DNA of 64,000 nucleotides from a virus, in IMG/VR virus record IMGVR_UViG_3300025151_000020, positions 29,311 through 93,310 of that record. One strand, given 5' to 3'. Position 1 is the first letter of the stretch; every line of letters begins with the position of its first letter. The position numbers were made by a program, and so were the translations under genes. Shown piece after piece: positions 32,153 through 42,213 of the stretch. The notes beneath the pieces are model-generated. The model searched no databases and had not been told where the DNA came from. It worked only from the letters and a program-made list of their open reading frames with translations.

Positions 32153-32628
32153 GCACTAGCCCCCGTGATGTACTCACGGGCTAGGTCAGTCATGGATGCT
32201 TTGGTTGATCTGTTATTCACAGGCAATCCTTTCTCTGAACACCATGCCATCATTTGTGCCCGTGTTAATTGACTATCGAATCCGGCTGCAGCTAAGAGAA
32301 TATCCACATCAACTTCCTGGTCAGTTACGGCAGGAGTTGGTTCGGGTTCTTCTTCAACCACAGGTTCGGGTTCGGGTTCTGGTTCAACTACAACAGGTTC
32401 AGGCTCAGGAGTTATTGCTTTGAGCATCTTCTCTGCTTGGACATCATCGCTTCCGATAACTTTCCAGGCAGTTCCTCCATTCTCGATCAGGGGTATGATT
32501 TTGTTACGGATTATGTCTTGTGGAACGTCATCCCTAACCATGCCTCTTGAGAACCCAAGAACCTGGTGTCTGCCTACTGTGATCTCACAGTAAGGTCTTG
32601 CCCCAATGTATTGAAGGCTAAGAGCCAC
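32149..32628 (-). CDS. Protein with a PE-rich linker and a C-terminal HeH/Rho-N-like domain
   Basis: EPEPEPEP linker followed by LTRAQMMAWCSEKGLPVNNRSTKASM. Confidence 0.55.
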   Translation of the reverse strand: MALSLQYIGARPYCEITVGRHQVLGFSRGMVRDDVPQDIIRNKIIPLIENGGTAWKVIGSDDVQAEKMLKAITPEPEPVVVEPEPEPEPVVEEEPEPTPAVTDQEVDVDILLAAAGFDSQLTRAQMMAWCSEKGLPVNNRSTKASMTDLAREYITGASA

Positions 32629-32641
32629 TTAAGCCACCGCC

Positions 32642-33019
32642 TCACCGATACAAGAATGTAATCCTAACCGTGTCGCCATCCTGACCAGCAGATGCTGGTG
32701 TCAGTTTTAGCAGGGTGTTGGTGGATACATTACCTGCAACCGTGAAAGCATTCCCGCCCGCAGTTGTTATGTTGTGTGCGGATAGAATACCGATCAATGC
32801 TGATCCTGTCACGGCATTTGATTCTAGGGCTAAGTCGTATGCGAAAGCTGCATCTCCATCTGTCACTACAACATCAACAGTTGCCATGCTGATTGTTCCT
32901 GTAACCGAATTGCTTCCCACAGGGCTTTGTAGCCATGATGTGTCCGACTCTCCAACACCACCCCATAGGCGGGAGTTGAAGACTACTGTTCCGTTTCCTG
33001 TTAGATTTGTGTTTGCCAT
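32642..33019 (-). CDS. Putative minor capsid/decoration protein
   Basis: Immediately after the MCP; purine-rich RBS (AAGGTGA); beta-rich. Confidence 0.5.
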   Translation of the reverse strand: MANTNLTGNGTVVFNSRLWGGVGESDTSWLQSPVGSNSVTGTISMATVDVVVTDGDAAFAYDLALESNAVTGSALIGILSAHNITTAGGNAFTVAGNVSTNTLLKLTPASAGQDGDTVRITFLYR

Positions 33020-33062
33020 ATCTTTGTCACCTTACCTTTTTTCTCCATTATTCTCCGTGCAT

Positions 33063-34220
33063 CTAAGCAGCGATATCCCTCACTTTCCCGTGTGCTCGGT
33101 AGAATAGTTGCCATAGTTCGCCCATTGTGTGGAACATACCCATCTGTCCTAGCCTGTTGATACCGAATGGATCTCCGGTTTCGATACCAGACTCGTGGTA
33201 TAGGGTTGGTTTTGCGGTGCAGAAGTAAATGTAATCGGAGTCTATGAAGTACATTCTTGATAGTTCTCCTGAATCTGCCTTAACATCCTTAGATGGAATG
33301 AGAGGTACGCCATTGTATGTTGCGACAACGAATCCGGCTTCCATACCTGGAACACCCTTAACGCCATTCACACCAGGAACAACTCTCTTCATCTCTGTAA
33401 ATCTCTGTTGTGGTTGCAATAGTTGCTGAACCTTCTCAAGAGTATCGTAGCCTGTTAGGATTACCTTTGGCTGACCTCCCTTCTCCCATACGCTTCTGAA
33501 CATTCCGTCAATGACATTCAGACTGAGAGCACGAGCTGCCCCTGCCGAACCTGCATCAACATTAGCATCATACCATTGTTGTGCTGACCCAACACTTCTT
33601 GTGATGTTGTACTGATTGTGATCTGCTGCTGCTGATACGAAATCAGTTGCAGTTTCAACGAAGGAAGAAGATAGACACCTGTCAAGGGATTCGAAATCAT
33701 TCCCTGCGGTAGTATCAACATCTTCTAAGAGCATGACGTTGATGTGCTCTGCGTGGTGCTTTGCCATCTCCATCTTCATTACTGCCCTTGCATCTCCAAG
33801 ACCGTCATCTTTGTCGGCTAGGAACATTGCAGTTTCGCTGAGATCAAATGTGTGAGCCACAGTCTTTGGCTTTGTGCTGACCTCTGCGAAAGTAGGCTTG
33901 GTAGTTTCTGGTAGAGTTCCGTTCTCAGGAAGACCGCCACCCTTTGTCCTGTCCGGCTTATCGGTGACGACTCTCCAACCACTCTTCTCCCAGGGTTTCT
34001 TTGGCAGAATTGAGAAGGCGTTGAACTCCTGGTTGAGTTGCGACCACACCTTTCGGCCAAATATTGCCTGATAAGTTCCGGTTGTACTGCTAACCAAAGG
34101 CGAATCGGCCTTTAGCAAGTCAGTTCCAGAGTATGCCCATGCGTTAGCACCAGCACCTGCACCGTAGTACAGTCTTTCCATGTCTTCAATTGTTCTAATG
34201 TATCCTTTTGATCCACTCAT
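33063..34220 (-). CDS. Major capsid protein (HK97 fold)
   Basis: 385 aa after the protease; E-loop-like GGGLPENGTLPETTKPTFAEVSTKPKTVAH, P-domain-like PKVILTG and ATYNGVPLIPS; archaeal-virus-type MCP. Confidence 0.9.
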   Translation of the reverse strand: MSGSKGYIRTIEDMERLYYGAGAGANAWAYSGTDLLKADSPLVSSTTGTYQAIFGRKVWSQLNQEFNAFSILPKKPWEKSGWRVVTDKPDRTKGGGLPENGTLPETTKPTFAEVSTKPKTVAHTFDLSETAMFLADKDDGLGDARAVMKMEMAKHHAEHINVMLLEDVDTTAGNDFESLDRCLSSSFVETATDFVSAAADHNQYNITRSVGSAQQWYDANVDAGSAGAARALSLNVIDGMFRSVWEKGGQPKVILTGYDTLEKVQQLLQPQQRFTEMKRVVPGVNGVKGVPGMEAGFVVATYNGVPLIPSKDVKADSGELSRMYFIDSDYIYFCTAKPTLYHESGIETGDPFGINRLGQMGMFHTMGELWQLFYRAHGKVRDIAA

Positions 34221-34257
34221 TTTTTCACTTCCTTTATCTCCATGTCACCCAAGACGA

Positions 34258-35625
34258 TTACTCGCCTGTTAGTGCCCTCCTTGCTAGTTGCTCGGTAGCC
34301 CTCCAGGACTCAAGGTCGCTGCCCATAGCTGCGAACTCTTCATTGGTTGGTACACGAATATCTGTTGTTGGAACTGCGGATGCAGATTTCTGAATCTCTG
34401 TGTTCTCAGAGCGTAGTCCTGCAATCTCTGCTTGTAGTGCAGCGATTTGGCCACCGAAATCATTAGCCTTGTTAATCTCAAGAGCCTTAGCGGTTTCTGC
34501 CTCGTAGCGGGCTTCCCACTCTGCCTTTACGAGAGCCTTCATGCCTTCCTCATCTCTAAGGGATGCGTATGCTCTGTATCCACGCTCTAGTCCTTCAGGA
34601 GTAATCGATCCAGGGGATTTGATGACATTTTTGTTGCCGGATGGCTCGTTGTATGCCATGTTGCCAACTCCTGGTTGCTTGATAACATACTTGTTACCGC
34701 CAGGTGCAGCTAGTGCAGGGTATGTGACTTCCGTTGCATCTTCTCCTGCACCGATCTCGTCACCCATTCCTCTGTGAGAGTATCCACCCTGTCCATCTAC
34801 ACCGACCATGTAAGCCTTCTCAAGACCGAAGTGAGTTCGTAGTCCATCCAAATCCACACCTGCTTCGTGTGCGAACTTCTCAAGAGTATCTATGTATTGT
34901 AGAGCATCAGAGGTGGATTTCTCCATCTCTTTGTCTTCATTGTACATTTTCTCATCATCGGCTTTCATATCGCCTTTCATGTCGCCTTTCTCGTCTTTCT
35001 TATCAATAGCTTTCAGTATTCCGCTTAGGCTATCTCTTATCTCTTCCAATGCTTCGCTGTTGGTCATTTTTGTCACTTCCGTTTCATCCATTTTGAGGAT
35101 TGTATATCCCGCCTCTGGGTTGATGCCCTTCTTACAAAGGGTAATTTCATGCAACTCAAGGTCGGTAATCTCACGGTGGTTGCCATGCTCAGGGGTGTGT
35201 TTGCTTACCCTGAACAATGCTTGTCCACCTATTGAAAAGGCACGAAGATCTCCATCTCGTACCTGCTTTTGCACTTCTCGTGCCTTCTGTATGTCACTTC
35301 TTATTTTACATACAACAAAGAGGCCGTGATCATCCACTTCGGATTTCCACAATCGGCCTTGTGAATCTGAGTAGGAATCAACTACTTCTCCTACCTGGAT
35401 ACCGCTATGTGCTAACTGAACATTTCGGTATGCTTTGTTTTCCATGAACTTGCCAAACGCTTTCTTTAGTGCGGCAGTTGGGATTCTATCTCCTTGCTTA
35501 TCCACCATATCCACGCTTGCATATCCTGCAACATAGAGATCACTACCTATGTCTTCTTTGATTAGGAAATCTGAGCCAAAGGCTGACCATCCTATCGAAG
35601 GTTGTAGCATCTCTGCGTTTGCCAT
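34258..35625 (-). CDS. Prohead (maturation) protease fused to a scaffold domain
   Basis: VAGYASVDMVDKQGD...VQLAH...AFSIGG...LHEITLCKKGINPEA (His/Ser residues of HK97-type proteases) followed by a coiled-coil C-terminal half. Start set at ATG 35625 from promoter spacing. Confidence 0.9.
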   Translation of the reverse strand: MANAEMLQPSIGWSAFGSDFLIKEDIGSDLYVAGYASVDMVDKQGDRIPTAALKKAFGKFMENKAYRNVQLAHSGIQVGEVVDSYSDSQGRLWKSEVDDHGLFVVCKIRSDIQKAREVQKQVRDGDLRAFSIGGQALFRVSKHTPEHGNHREITDLELHEITLCKKGINPEAGYTILKMDETEVTKMTNSEALEEIRDSLSGILKAIDKKDEKGDMKGDMKADDEKMYNEDKEMEKSTSDALQYIDTLEKFAHEAGVDLDGLRTHFGLEKAYMVGVDGQGGYSHRGMGDEIGAGEDATEVTYPALAAPGGNKYVIKQPGVGNMAYNEPSGNKNVIKSPGSITPEGLERGYRAYASLRDEEGMKALVKAEWEARYEAETAKALEINKANDFGGQIAALQAEIAGLRSENTEIQKSASAVPTTDIRVPTNEEFAAMGSDLESWRATEQLARRALTGE

Positions 35626-35644
35626 TGTCCTATACAACATTCAA

Positions 35645-35680
35645 CAATAGTATATGAATGACAACATGACAGGGCTGACA
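35645..35680 (-). promoter_or_regulatory. Promoter of the protease-MCP operon with an upstream triple TGACA array
   Basis: TCATATACTATTG at 35657-35645; TGACA on the + strand at 35659, 35667 and 35676. Confidence 0.55.
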
Positions 35681-35684
35681 GGAT

Positions 35685-38600
35685 TTAGAGAGCGTCATCA
35701 TGACGAAGGGCTGGCAGTACATCGTTTTCCTCTTCTTCGTGATTTTTATCTTTCTTGGGGAAGCGTACAACCGCCCTACCATCTTGAATGTCCAATGTAG
35801 CCTCTCCATTCTCAGTATCAAAAATCATACTCATTGGTCTGAATCCACCGCTTGGATCGGGTTCAATGTTCTTTCTTTTTGGATTGCCAAAGGTAGTATT
35901 CTCTTCATCAGTAATTTCAGTAGGTCCTGTTGGTGCGGTGATATCTGCTTGCATACCAGACCATGCCCCTCCATCTGAGGATGCTTGATTCATTCGAGGA
36001 AACGCAAACTTCTCTGCTATATCATCGTCAATTGCCTCATTGAGTGTCCATTTTCCATCATCTGTTCGCTCAATGCCATATTCTTCTGCATACTTGTCAA
36101 GAAGTTTTTCAGTCATGCCATCCACACTAGCAATTAGTTCCTTACTATTCATTGACACTTCTTTGTTCATGATTACCTTTCTAGCCCTACGCATGATGCT
36201 AGTTATGCTATCCTCATCGTTTCTTTCTTCTGTTGTATTTACTTCTGGTGCTTTATCCAACGATTTTCTAAAGATTGGTCTTTTACGGTAAGAAGGTATA
36301 GCCTGATCGGGTAATCCAATGTACTGTGCAGCTACCGGACTCCATATCTCAAATTGAGTTTCTGCCTGTTTAACCAAATGAGGAAGCCCCTCATAACCTG
36401 CAACATAAACTCCCTTTTCATCAGAGTCTAGTTTTACGATGACGGGATTGTATATGCCAGGATATTCCAACACTATGTTTGAGTTTCTTGTACTCATTTC
36501 GGGGAGAGGGGGCAATGGTATATTCTTGCTGATGGTGTCTTGAGGGTACAATATCCATTTCGGATGAACTTCTTTACCTTTGATGAATGTGGATTTTGAA
36601 TCTCTGATAAGCAAATCAGTCCTATCTAAGTTAGCGATTGCCTTTGCCAAACCATCCATATCTGCATTTACGCATGAATTAGGAGCAGGGAACTCAACAT
36701 GATCGGTTGTAGTGTATAGAGTCCTCAATGCATCAACCCTATCTGAAAGCGGTTCTTGACTCATATCAACATCTTTGTGCAGTAGCAAATCAACAACTGT
36801 AAGCACCTTGCCTTTGATGTATCCATCAAACACAACATCTCCAGGTACGGTATCCTTGAGTGACTTCTTTACTTCTCCTGGAAGACTCAATGGCTCAACA
36901 CTCTTGCCTTTCTTCTTGACTAACACTCTCTTGCCTTTGGGTTTTTTCTGCACAATCCAATCACCGCTAAATCCTTTGAGTGTGTCCATGTGATCCAAAT
37001 CTCTTATCACATGGGCAGGTTCAATCATGCTTTCAAAAACACCCGTTGGTTCGTAATCTTCTGATTTGTGCAAATAAGATGTCATGTGTCTGAATCCTTG
37101 CCTATTGCTAGAAAGTGCGTTTATCTCTCTGTTCTTTGGAAGGATTTGCTTGTTTGCAAAACTTGGGTCTATTGCACTAACTAATCCTGCATGAGGAGTT
37201 CTCTGTAAGATATTGAATGGAGTTTCTTTGTTATCGAAAACTATACTGTTATTTGCATCATCCCATTTGTAAGTCAGAGTAGCGGGCATTTCATGACCCC
37301 ATGCATCTGTATTGCCCGAATTGAATAAAGGAGCAATTACAGATTCCGATTTTGGAGATACAGGACCAAAGCCACCAATCTTAGATGTTATACGACCAGA
37401 TGTTGCATCGGGGATCATATATTCATTTTGAATTACATTCTCTCCTCTCATCAATAAGTGATTTGCCGCAGATGCAAGTTGCCCGATATTGCCTCTTGCA
37501 ATTGTGTTAGCATTTACATCTCCATTCACAGGAGTAAATATCTCTGGTCCGAATTGTTGGATTGCCTGTCCTGCCAACATGGACATTGCCGTTTTCATTG
37601 CATCGTCACTATGATTGGCATGGCGATTGTGCAAATCATAGTATGTACGATTAGAATTAGGGTGTTGTTCTCGCAATCTACCCACCTTTGGATTGCCCAA
37701 TTCTGTAACCTTCATCAAATCGTCACCGAACCTACTCATGAGTAATGCTTCAGTAGGAATTACCATTCTTGCAGTTGCTTCATTGATTTCCGATGGATGC
37801 AGGTGATTGTGCATAGAAGCGTGTGTCCAATTGGATCTCCTTCTTTCATAATCCATATCTCCTGTTGAAAGCGAAGATAATGCAGATGCAAGATGTGGTG
37901 CGTCATTGTTTGCTTTGGGGAAGTGAGAACCTGCTAACATATGAGGTCCGTCTATCTGTACTCCATCCAACAAGAAGTCAGATAGCCATCCGTTGTTGAA
38001 AACATTCGGATATGTTTGATTCATTATGGATTTCAATGAGTTAGAGCTACGACCAACACCTCCATGAAATTGGTATGGTTTCCACCAATGATAGTTATGA
38101 CCAGGCTCATCATTGAGATATGGGCTGATAAGTTGAGCATTTGGCATATCCATAGGTGCAGAAACAGTAGGTCCTGATCTATCACTTGGCCTTTGCCACC
38201 ATGCAGACAACGGAGTGAATCTATCTCTCCAATTCCTTAGATATCTATCCCATCTAACTCCTGTCTTTTCTTGAAACTTGTTTAGAAGCGTTTTTGCTTC
38301 GGGGCTATCGTATGCAGGAGTGGTGCTTAATTCCTGTAATATGTTATAGAATCTTTCAGCCTCTCCTTCACTATGCCATTCTAATCCAAACAAAAAGGGA
38401 AGCAAACCAAATTGATTAGCGAGATATTCTCTTTTCTTTGATTCCCAATCTTCATCTGCCCCATAATCTCTGTTTAGGTCTTTGTTGTACAAATCAAGCA
38501 TAGATGTCTTTGGATCTCCGTATAGCATTGCATCTTCCTTTGAAAGACGCATCGCCCTCTCTCCATCCTTATGTGTTTGAGCGTAATTCTTGACATAATC

Positions 38601-38990
38601 AAATAAGTGATCAACATAATGAGGATCACCATGAGCTGCATTGTGAAGCAATGGGCAACAGTTTGAGTTCATGCCGAATGGATGATGTTCTCCAAAGTCG
38701 TTATCTTCATTTGCCATAGGCCAATCTTTCAAAGCAGATGTGGAAATCTTAGTGTGACCTGCTAGATATGATTGATAGTCATCTGGTATGACCATCTTGG
38801 AAGGAGGTAAAGCAGATCCTAAATCACGCATTGAATAAATGGGCGGGCTTGCATTCATGGCCATAACTGCCATATCTTCCTTTGCAAGTACATTACCATC
38901 TAATGATTCAATGTACTCATCTATTGGAGGCTCTAGCCCCATGATTGAAGATAAGACCACATCAGTTCTCAATTTGACATAATCAACCAT
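35685..38990 (-). CDS. Large head-module protein containing a degenerate ATP-dependent ligase (nucleotidyltransferase) domain
   Basis: WIVQKKPKGKRVLV (motif I), VFDGYI (III), VVDLL (IIIa), PLSDRVDAL, LLIRD (IV), KWILY (V). Start set at ATG 38990 after GAGGTG. Confidence 0.65.
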   Translation of the reverse strand: MVDYVKLRTDVVLSSIMGLEPPIDEYIESLDGNVLAKEDMAVMAMNASPPIYSMRDLGSALPPSKMVIPDDYQSYLAGHTKISTSALKDWPMANEDNDFGEHHPFGMNSNCCPLLHNAAHGDPHYVDHLFDYVKNYAQTHKDGERAMRLSKEDAMLYGDPKTSMLDLYNKDLNRDYGADEDWESKKREYLANQFGLLPFLFGLEWHSEGEAERFYNILQELSTTPAYDSPEAKTLLNKFQEKTGVRWDRYLRNWRDRFTPLSAWWQRPSDRSGPTVSAPMDMPNAQLISPYLNDEPGHNYHWWKPYQFHGGVGRSSNSLKSIMNQTYPNVFNNGWLSDFLLDGVQIDGPHMLAGSHFPKANNDAPHLASALSSLSTGDMDYERRRSNWTHASMHNHLHPSEINEATARMVIPTEALLMSRFGDDLMKVTELGNPKVGRLREQHPNSNRTYYDLHNRHANHSDDAMKTAMSMLAGQAIQQFGPEIFTPVNGDVNANTIARGNIGQLASAANHLLMRGENVIQNEYMIPDATSGRITSKIGGFGPVSPKSESVIAPLFNSGNTDAWGHEMPATLTYKWDDANNSIVFDNKETPFNILQRTPHAGLVSAIDPSFANKQILPKNREINALSSNRQGFRHMTSYLHKSEDYEPTGVFESMIEPAHVIRDLDHMDTLKGFSGDWIVQKKPKGKRVLVKKKGKSVEPLSLPGEVKKSLKDTVPGDVVFDGYIKGKVLTVVDLLLHKDVDMSQEPLSDRVDALRTLYTTTDHVEFPAPNSCVNADMDGLAKAIANLDRTDLLIRDSKSTFIKGKEVHPKWILYPQDTISKNIPLPPLPEMSTRNSNIVLEYPGIYNPVIVKLDSDEKGVYVAGYEGLPHLVKQAETQFEIWSPVAAQYIGLPDQAIPSYRKRPIFRKSLDKAPEVNTTEERNDEDSITSIMRRARKVIMNKEVSMNSKELIASVDGMTEKLLDKYAEEYGIERTDDGKWTLNEAIDDDIAEKFAFPRMNQASSDGGAWSGMQADITAPTGPTEITDEENTTFGNPKRKNIEPDPSGGFRPMSMIFDTENGEATLDIQDGRAVVRFPKKDKNHEEEENDVLPALRHDDAL

Positions 38991-39000
38991 ACTTCCCACC

Positions 39001-39654
39001 TCATAGGCGGGAATAGATATTTTCAATTAGCCCCGCAATTTCACTAACTACGCCTTGTTGCCCAACGGTTGCTTCTTTCTTTATCGTGGCTAATGCTTCC
39101 TCAACCTTGTCACGATACATAGAACCGCCTGTTCCTCCATCGTTTAGTTTCAGATGTAGCCCTGATCCATCAAGGCCATATCCTGTCTTTGCGAAAGCGG
39201 GCATCTTGTATTTCTCACTCACAATAGATTTCTTTGGCCCGTCTTCCATGTATGGTATAACCTGGTTGTAGTTTGGTCCATGAGCAGGTATTTCTGTACT
39301 TCCTGATATTTCCACATATCGAGGTTTGACATTCTCAACATTAGGTTCTTGGACATACTTCTTGAGTTCCTTCTTGCCTTTCTTCTGCCTAAGAGCATCT
39401 TTCATAGGTTCTTCCTTGTTACCATCGCCATCAAAGTCTAGGTAATCCGGCTTGGATGCTTTCTTCATTCGATCTTTACGCCCAGGACCCGTAGGATTAG
39501 GGTCTTTGTAACATTCATCGCAAACACCTTTTTCTGAGGATTTACAACCCATGCACTCAGTATTTTTCTCAATACCAAGTTGCTTCTCAATATCTCTTAC
39601 GATACTCAGTAGTTTGCCTTCTGGTGTGTCTTCCATAGGATCAACGAATCTCAT
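39001..39654 (-). CDS. Putative internal head/scaffold protein with a DxDxDG motif
   Basis: KPDYLDFDGDGNKEEPMKDAL and CxxC...CxxC; ATGA coupling at 39651-39654. Confidence 0.5.
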   Translation of the reverse strand: MRFVDPMEDTPEGKLLSIVRDIEKQLGIEKNTECMGCKSSEKGVCDECYKDPNPTGPGRKDRMKKASKPDYLDFDGDGNKEEPMKDALRQKKGKKELKKYVQEPNVENVKPRYVEISGSTEIPAHGPNYNQVIPYMEDGPKKSIVSEKYKMPAFAKTGYGLDGSGLHLKLNDGGTGGSMYRDKVEEALATIKKEATVGQQGVVSEIAGLIENIYSRL

Positions 39655-39980
39655 CTTCTCATCTCCCTCTCTGCATCTTGCCATTCACGAAGTTCCTCAT
39701 GCCTGGATTGACTCTTTGCAATTAGACTACCACTACCTGTGAATGGTCCGCTAAATGATTGCTCATCTCCTCCGTTTCTATTCAATGGGTCAAAGGTTTC
39801 TTCTGCATGAGGTGTAACATACCTCTGCCAACCGTGAGCCTTCATCATCTCGGTTGGGTCTTCAACTGCATTTCTCAATTCTGCATTTTCCATCTTTACG
39901 ATTTCCAACTCTTCTTTGAGAGCCTTTGCTTCTTCAATAGCTGCCTTTGCTATATCCATAGCATCTTCTTTCTCTGCCAT
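39651..39980 (-). CDS. Coiled-coil head-module protein
   Basis: 109 aa, heptad pattern, LIAKS site. Confidence 0.55.
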   Translation of the reverse strand: MAEKEDAMDIAKAAIEEAKALKEELEIVKMENAELRNAVEDPTEMMKAHGWQRYVTPHAEETFDPLNRNGGDEQSFSGPFTGSGSLIAKSQSRHEELREWQDAEREMRR

Positions 39981-40477
39981 TACATTCCCCCTCCTGTCAT
40001 GGCGGCCAAGTTTCCATTGGTTTGGTCGTTAGCCATCTGCGTTGGGTCATGAACGCTGAGAGCCTTATGCTTCTCTCTCAACGCTCTAATTATTGTTTTG
40101 AGTTCTCCCACCTTTGCCCTAACTTGCAGAAAGTCGCTATCCAACTCGTTTGAGTAATTCATGTCTATATTAGCACCAGCGTATGTACTTGCGATTCTTT
40201 CACCCTGGCCAATCATATCAAGAAGTGAATTGCATCCTTGCTCATCCATCTGAGTCCATATCTCTCCAAGAGCAGAAACATTTCCTGCTCCCATCATATG
40301 TTGAGGAGCACCATTAGGACCAGGTACATTTTGAACACCTGCTTCCATCATGCCCATTGGATCTGCTTCTTGTTTTGCAAATGACTTGTAAAGCATATTG
40401 CTTTGCCTTTTTGTGGCTTGGCGTAATCGCAATGCAGAAAGTCGGTCTTGTATTGAACCGTCTGATTTCCATGCCAT
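39980..40477 (-). CDS. Hypothetical head-module protein
   Basis: Probable start MAWKSDG after GAGGG; LYKS site. Confidence 0.5.
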   Translation of the reverse strand: MAWKSDGSIQDRLSALRLRQATKRQSNMLYKSFAKQEADPMGMMEAGVQNVPGPNGAPQHMMGAGNVSALGEIWTQMDEQGCNSLLDMIGQGERIASTYAGANIDMNYSNELDSDFLQVRAKVGELKTIIRALREKHKALSVHDPTQMANDQTNGNLAAMTGGGM

Positions 40478-40487
40478 ACAATTTCCC

Positions 40488-40850
40488 TCAATATACCTCG
40501 TGTGGCCTGAACACTTTGTCGGTTCTGCCCGCACGGACTACACCGAGAGCAATAGCACCGTCATTCGGACTTAGGTCGCCTTCGGTGTTGTCGAACTTTC
40601 TGATAACCCCTACTTGAGTTGGATCATGTCTTACATTATTGGAAAGAGCCTTTACAAGACTGTCATGAAGGCTCAAATCCTCTTTCAAACTACTAAGAGC
40701 ATTTGTTGCATTATTGAGGTGTTTTTCAATATCTTCCCTGTTATTGTGATCAATTGCCTTTAGCATTGCTTCCATTGAAGCCAATGCTCTGCGAGCCATT
40801 GGGTCCATCTTTTTCAGTCCAAATAATTCGCCTTCGCTCATCTCGCTCAC
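40488..40850 (-). CDS. Hypothetical helical head-module protein
   Basis: About 120 aa; preceded by the promoter motif. Confidence 0.55.
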   Translation of the reverse strand: MSEMSEGELFGLKKMDPMARRALASMEAMLKAIDHNNREDIEKHLNNATNALSSLKEDLSLHDSLVKALSNNVRHDPTQVGVIRKFDNTEGDLSPNDGAIALGVVRAGRTDKVFRPHEVY

Positions 40851-40886
40851 CAACTTCTAATCTTACCATCGTTAATGATTGTTATC

Positions 40887-41351
40887 CTATCGTTGCCCCT
40901 TCGCACCTGCGTTTCTAAGTTTCGCATTTACATTGGATTCTGCCTGTGTTTCTTTGAAATCTGTTGAGTTTCCTCGTGTTGAAGATGATGCATGAGCTCC
41001 ATCAACTCTTTTAATATTCACAGGAGATTTGCCGCCTGATCTCTTTGTGCTAATCTTTCTTTGACTTCTACCTAAAGTTTTCAATGAAGGCAATTCTGTA
41101 TTTCTTGTCATAGCCTCTGATTCCTTGATTGGCATTTGACCGTAATCCTTGCCATCTTCTTTGACCATATGCCAAACCATGTCAAATGATTTCTTCAAAT
41201 CATCTGGGTGTTTGCCTTCCTTTTTGAGATCCTTGTAACATTGACACATAGGCTCTTTAGCGGAGCATTTCATAATTCCTTTTTTCATACAAGCACAAGG
41301 ATTGCTCTCTGTTGCTCCACAACAACAACTTTTTCTTTTCAACTCAGCCAT
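40887..41351 (-). CDS. Cys-rich basic protein carrying the FDxxWxxVK tag
   Basis: CCCG...CAC...C...CQC; SFDMVWHMVKE. Confidence 0.55.
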   Translation of the reverse strand: MAELKRKSCCCGATESNPCACMKKGIMKCSAKEPMCQCYKDLKKEGKHPDDLKKSFDMVWHMVKEDGKDYGQMPIKESEAMTRNTELPSLKTLGRSQRKISTKRSGGKSPVNIKRVDGAHASSSTRGNSTDFKETQAESNVNAKLRNAGAKGQR

Positions 41352-41977
41352 CAGCAATTCCACCTTTTCAGAGCTGCACCCTTTGGAGTTAGTTTGCCAC
41401 CTTTACTTGTTGGTCCTTTCACTCCACCCATACGAGCACAGAAGGACTTGCGTCTTTTCGCTTTCTTACTTCCAGGTTTCAATTTAGATGGTTTTGTGGT
41501 AACAGGAGGTTTGAGGTTTGCACCTTCCTCACGCTTGAACTTGGCACGACCCTTTGCATTCAAACCGCCTTTACGACTATGTTTGTTTGGATTATAACCA
41601 TGAAACGGCTTGTCTTTCTTCTTGCCTTTGATTAGCATGGCCTTTACAAGAACATTGCAAGTAGGACAATCACATGATTTTACCATTGTTGGCTTTCCTC
41701 CTACTCCTTGTGGTTTGCTTCTCTTTCTCTTTGTAGCGGCCTTCTTTTCCTTAGCACTCATTGATCCTGCCGTTTTTGGTGTTTTCTCGCTGACCTTCTT
41801 TGAAGGGCGGCATTTCGGATAGCCTCTTTTCGATTTGTCAGCATCATCCCTACCGCATGGCGGGTGTTTGCCATCCTTGTCTTTGCGTGAAACATCAACC
41901 CATTTTTCTTTGAACCAATCTCTGAGGTCTTTTTCCTCTTTGAGGAGTTTAGAGAAAGGAAGTGCCTCGGCATTCAT
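41351..41977 (-). CDS. Highly basic two-module protein (putative DNA-condensing internal protein)
   Basis: LRDWFKEKWVDV...CGR...YPKCRP and KGGLNAKGRA...RRKSFCARM...ALKRWNC, modules I recall from marine phage hypothetical proteins; ATGA coupling. Confidence 0.6.
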   Translation of the reverse strand: MNAEALPFSKLLKEEKDLRDWFKEKWVDVSRKDKDGKHPPCGRDDADKSKRGYPKCRPSKKVSEKTPKTAGSMSAKEKKAATKRKRSKPQGVGGKPTMVKSCDCPTCNVLVKAMLIKGKKKDKPFHGYNPNKHSRKGGLNAKGRAKFKREEGANLKPPVTTKPSKLKPGSKKAKRRKSFCARMGGVKGPTSKGGKLTPKGAALKRWNC

Positions 41978-42180
41978 TTCTTCCCCTTCTTTTTCCAACC
42001 GCCACCTGCTTTCTTGTATTCCTTAGCCGCCCATGCGTTTGCATATGCAGAAGGATACACATCAAACTTGGACTTAGCCCTAGATTTCATTTTTGACCAT
42101 AGACCAGGGTTAGTGGGTGCATTATCGCCCTTTTCTTCACCCTTTACTATTGACCAGCCTACTTCGAAAGCGTCTGCCAT
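41974..42180 (-). CDS. Small basic protein with an N-terminal tag
   Basis: MADAFEVGWSIVK followed by PTNPGLWS...KFDVYPSAYANAWAAKEYKKAGGGW, a common marine-virus module. Confidence 0.65.
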   Translation of the reverse strand: MADAFEVGWSIVKGEEKGDNAPTNPGLWSKMKSRAKSKFDVYPSAYANAWAAKEYKKAGGGWKKKGKK

Positions 42181-42213
42181 GAAGGACAATGAAAGTTCAA
42201 TCGTTTATCTGAT

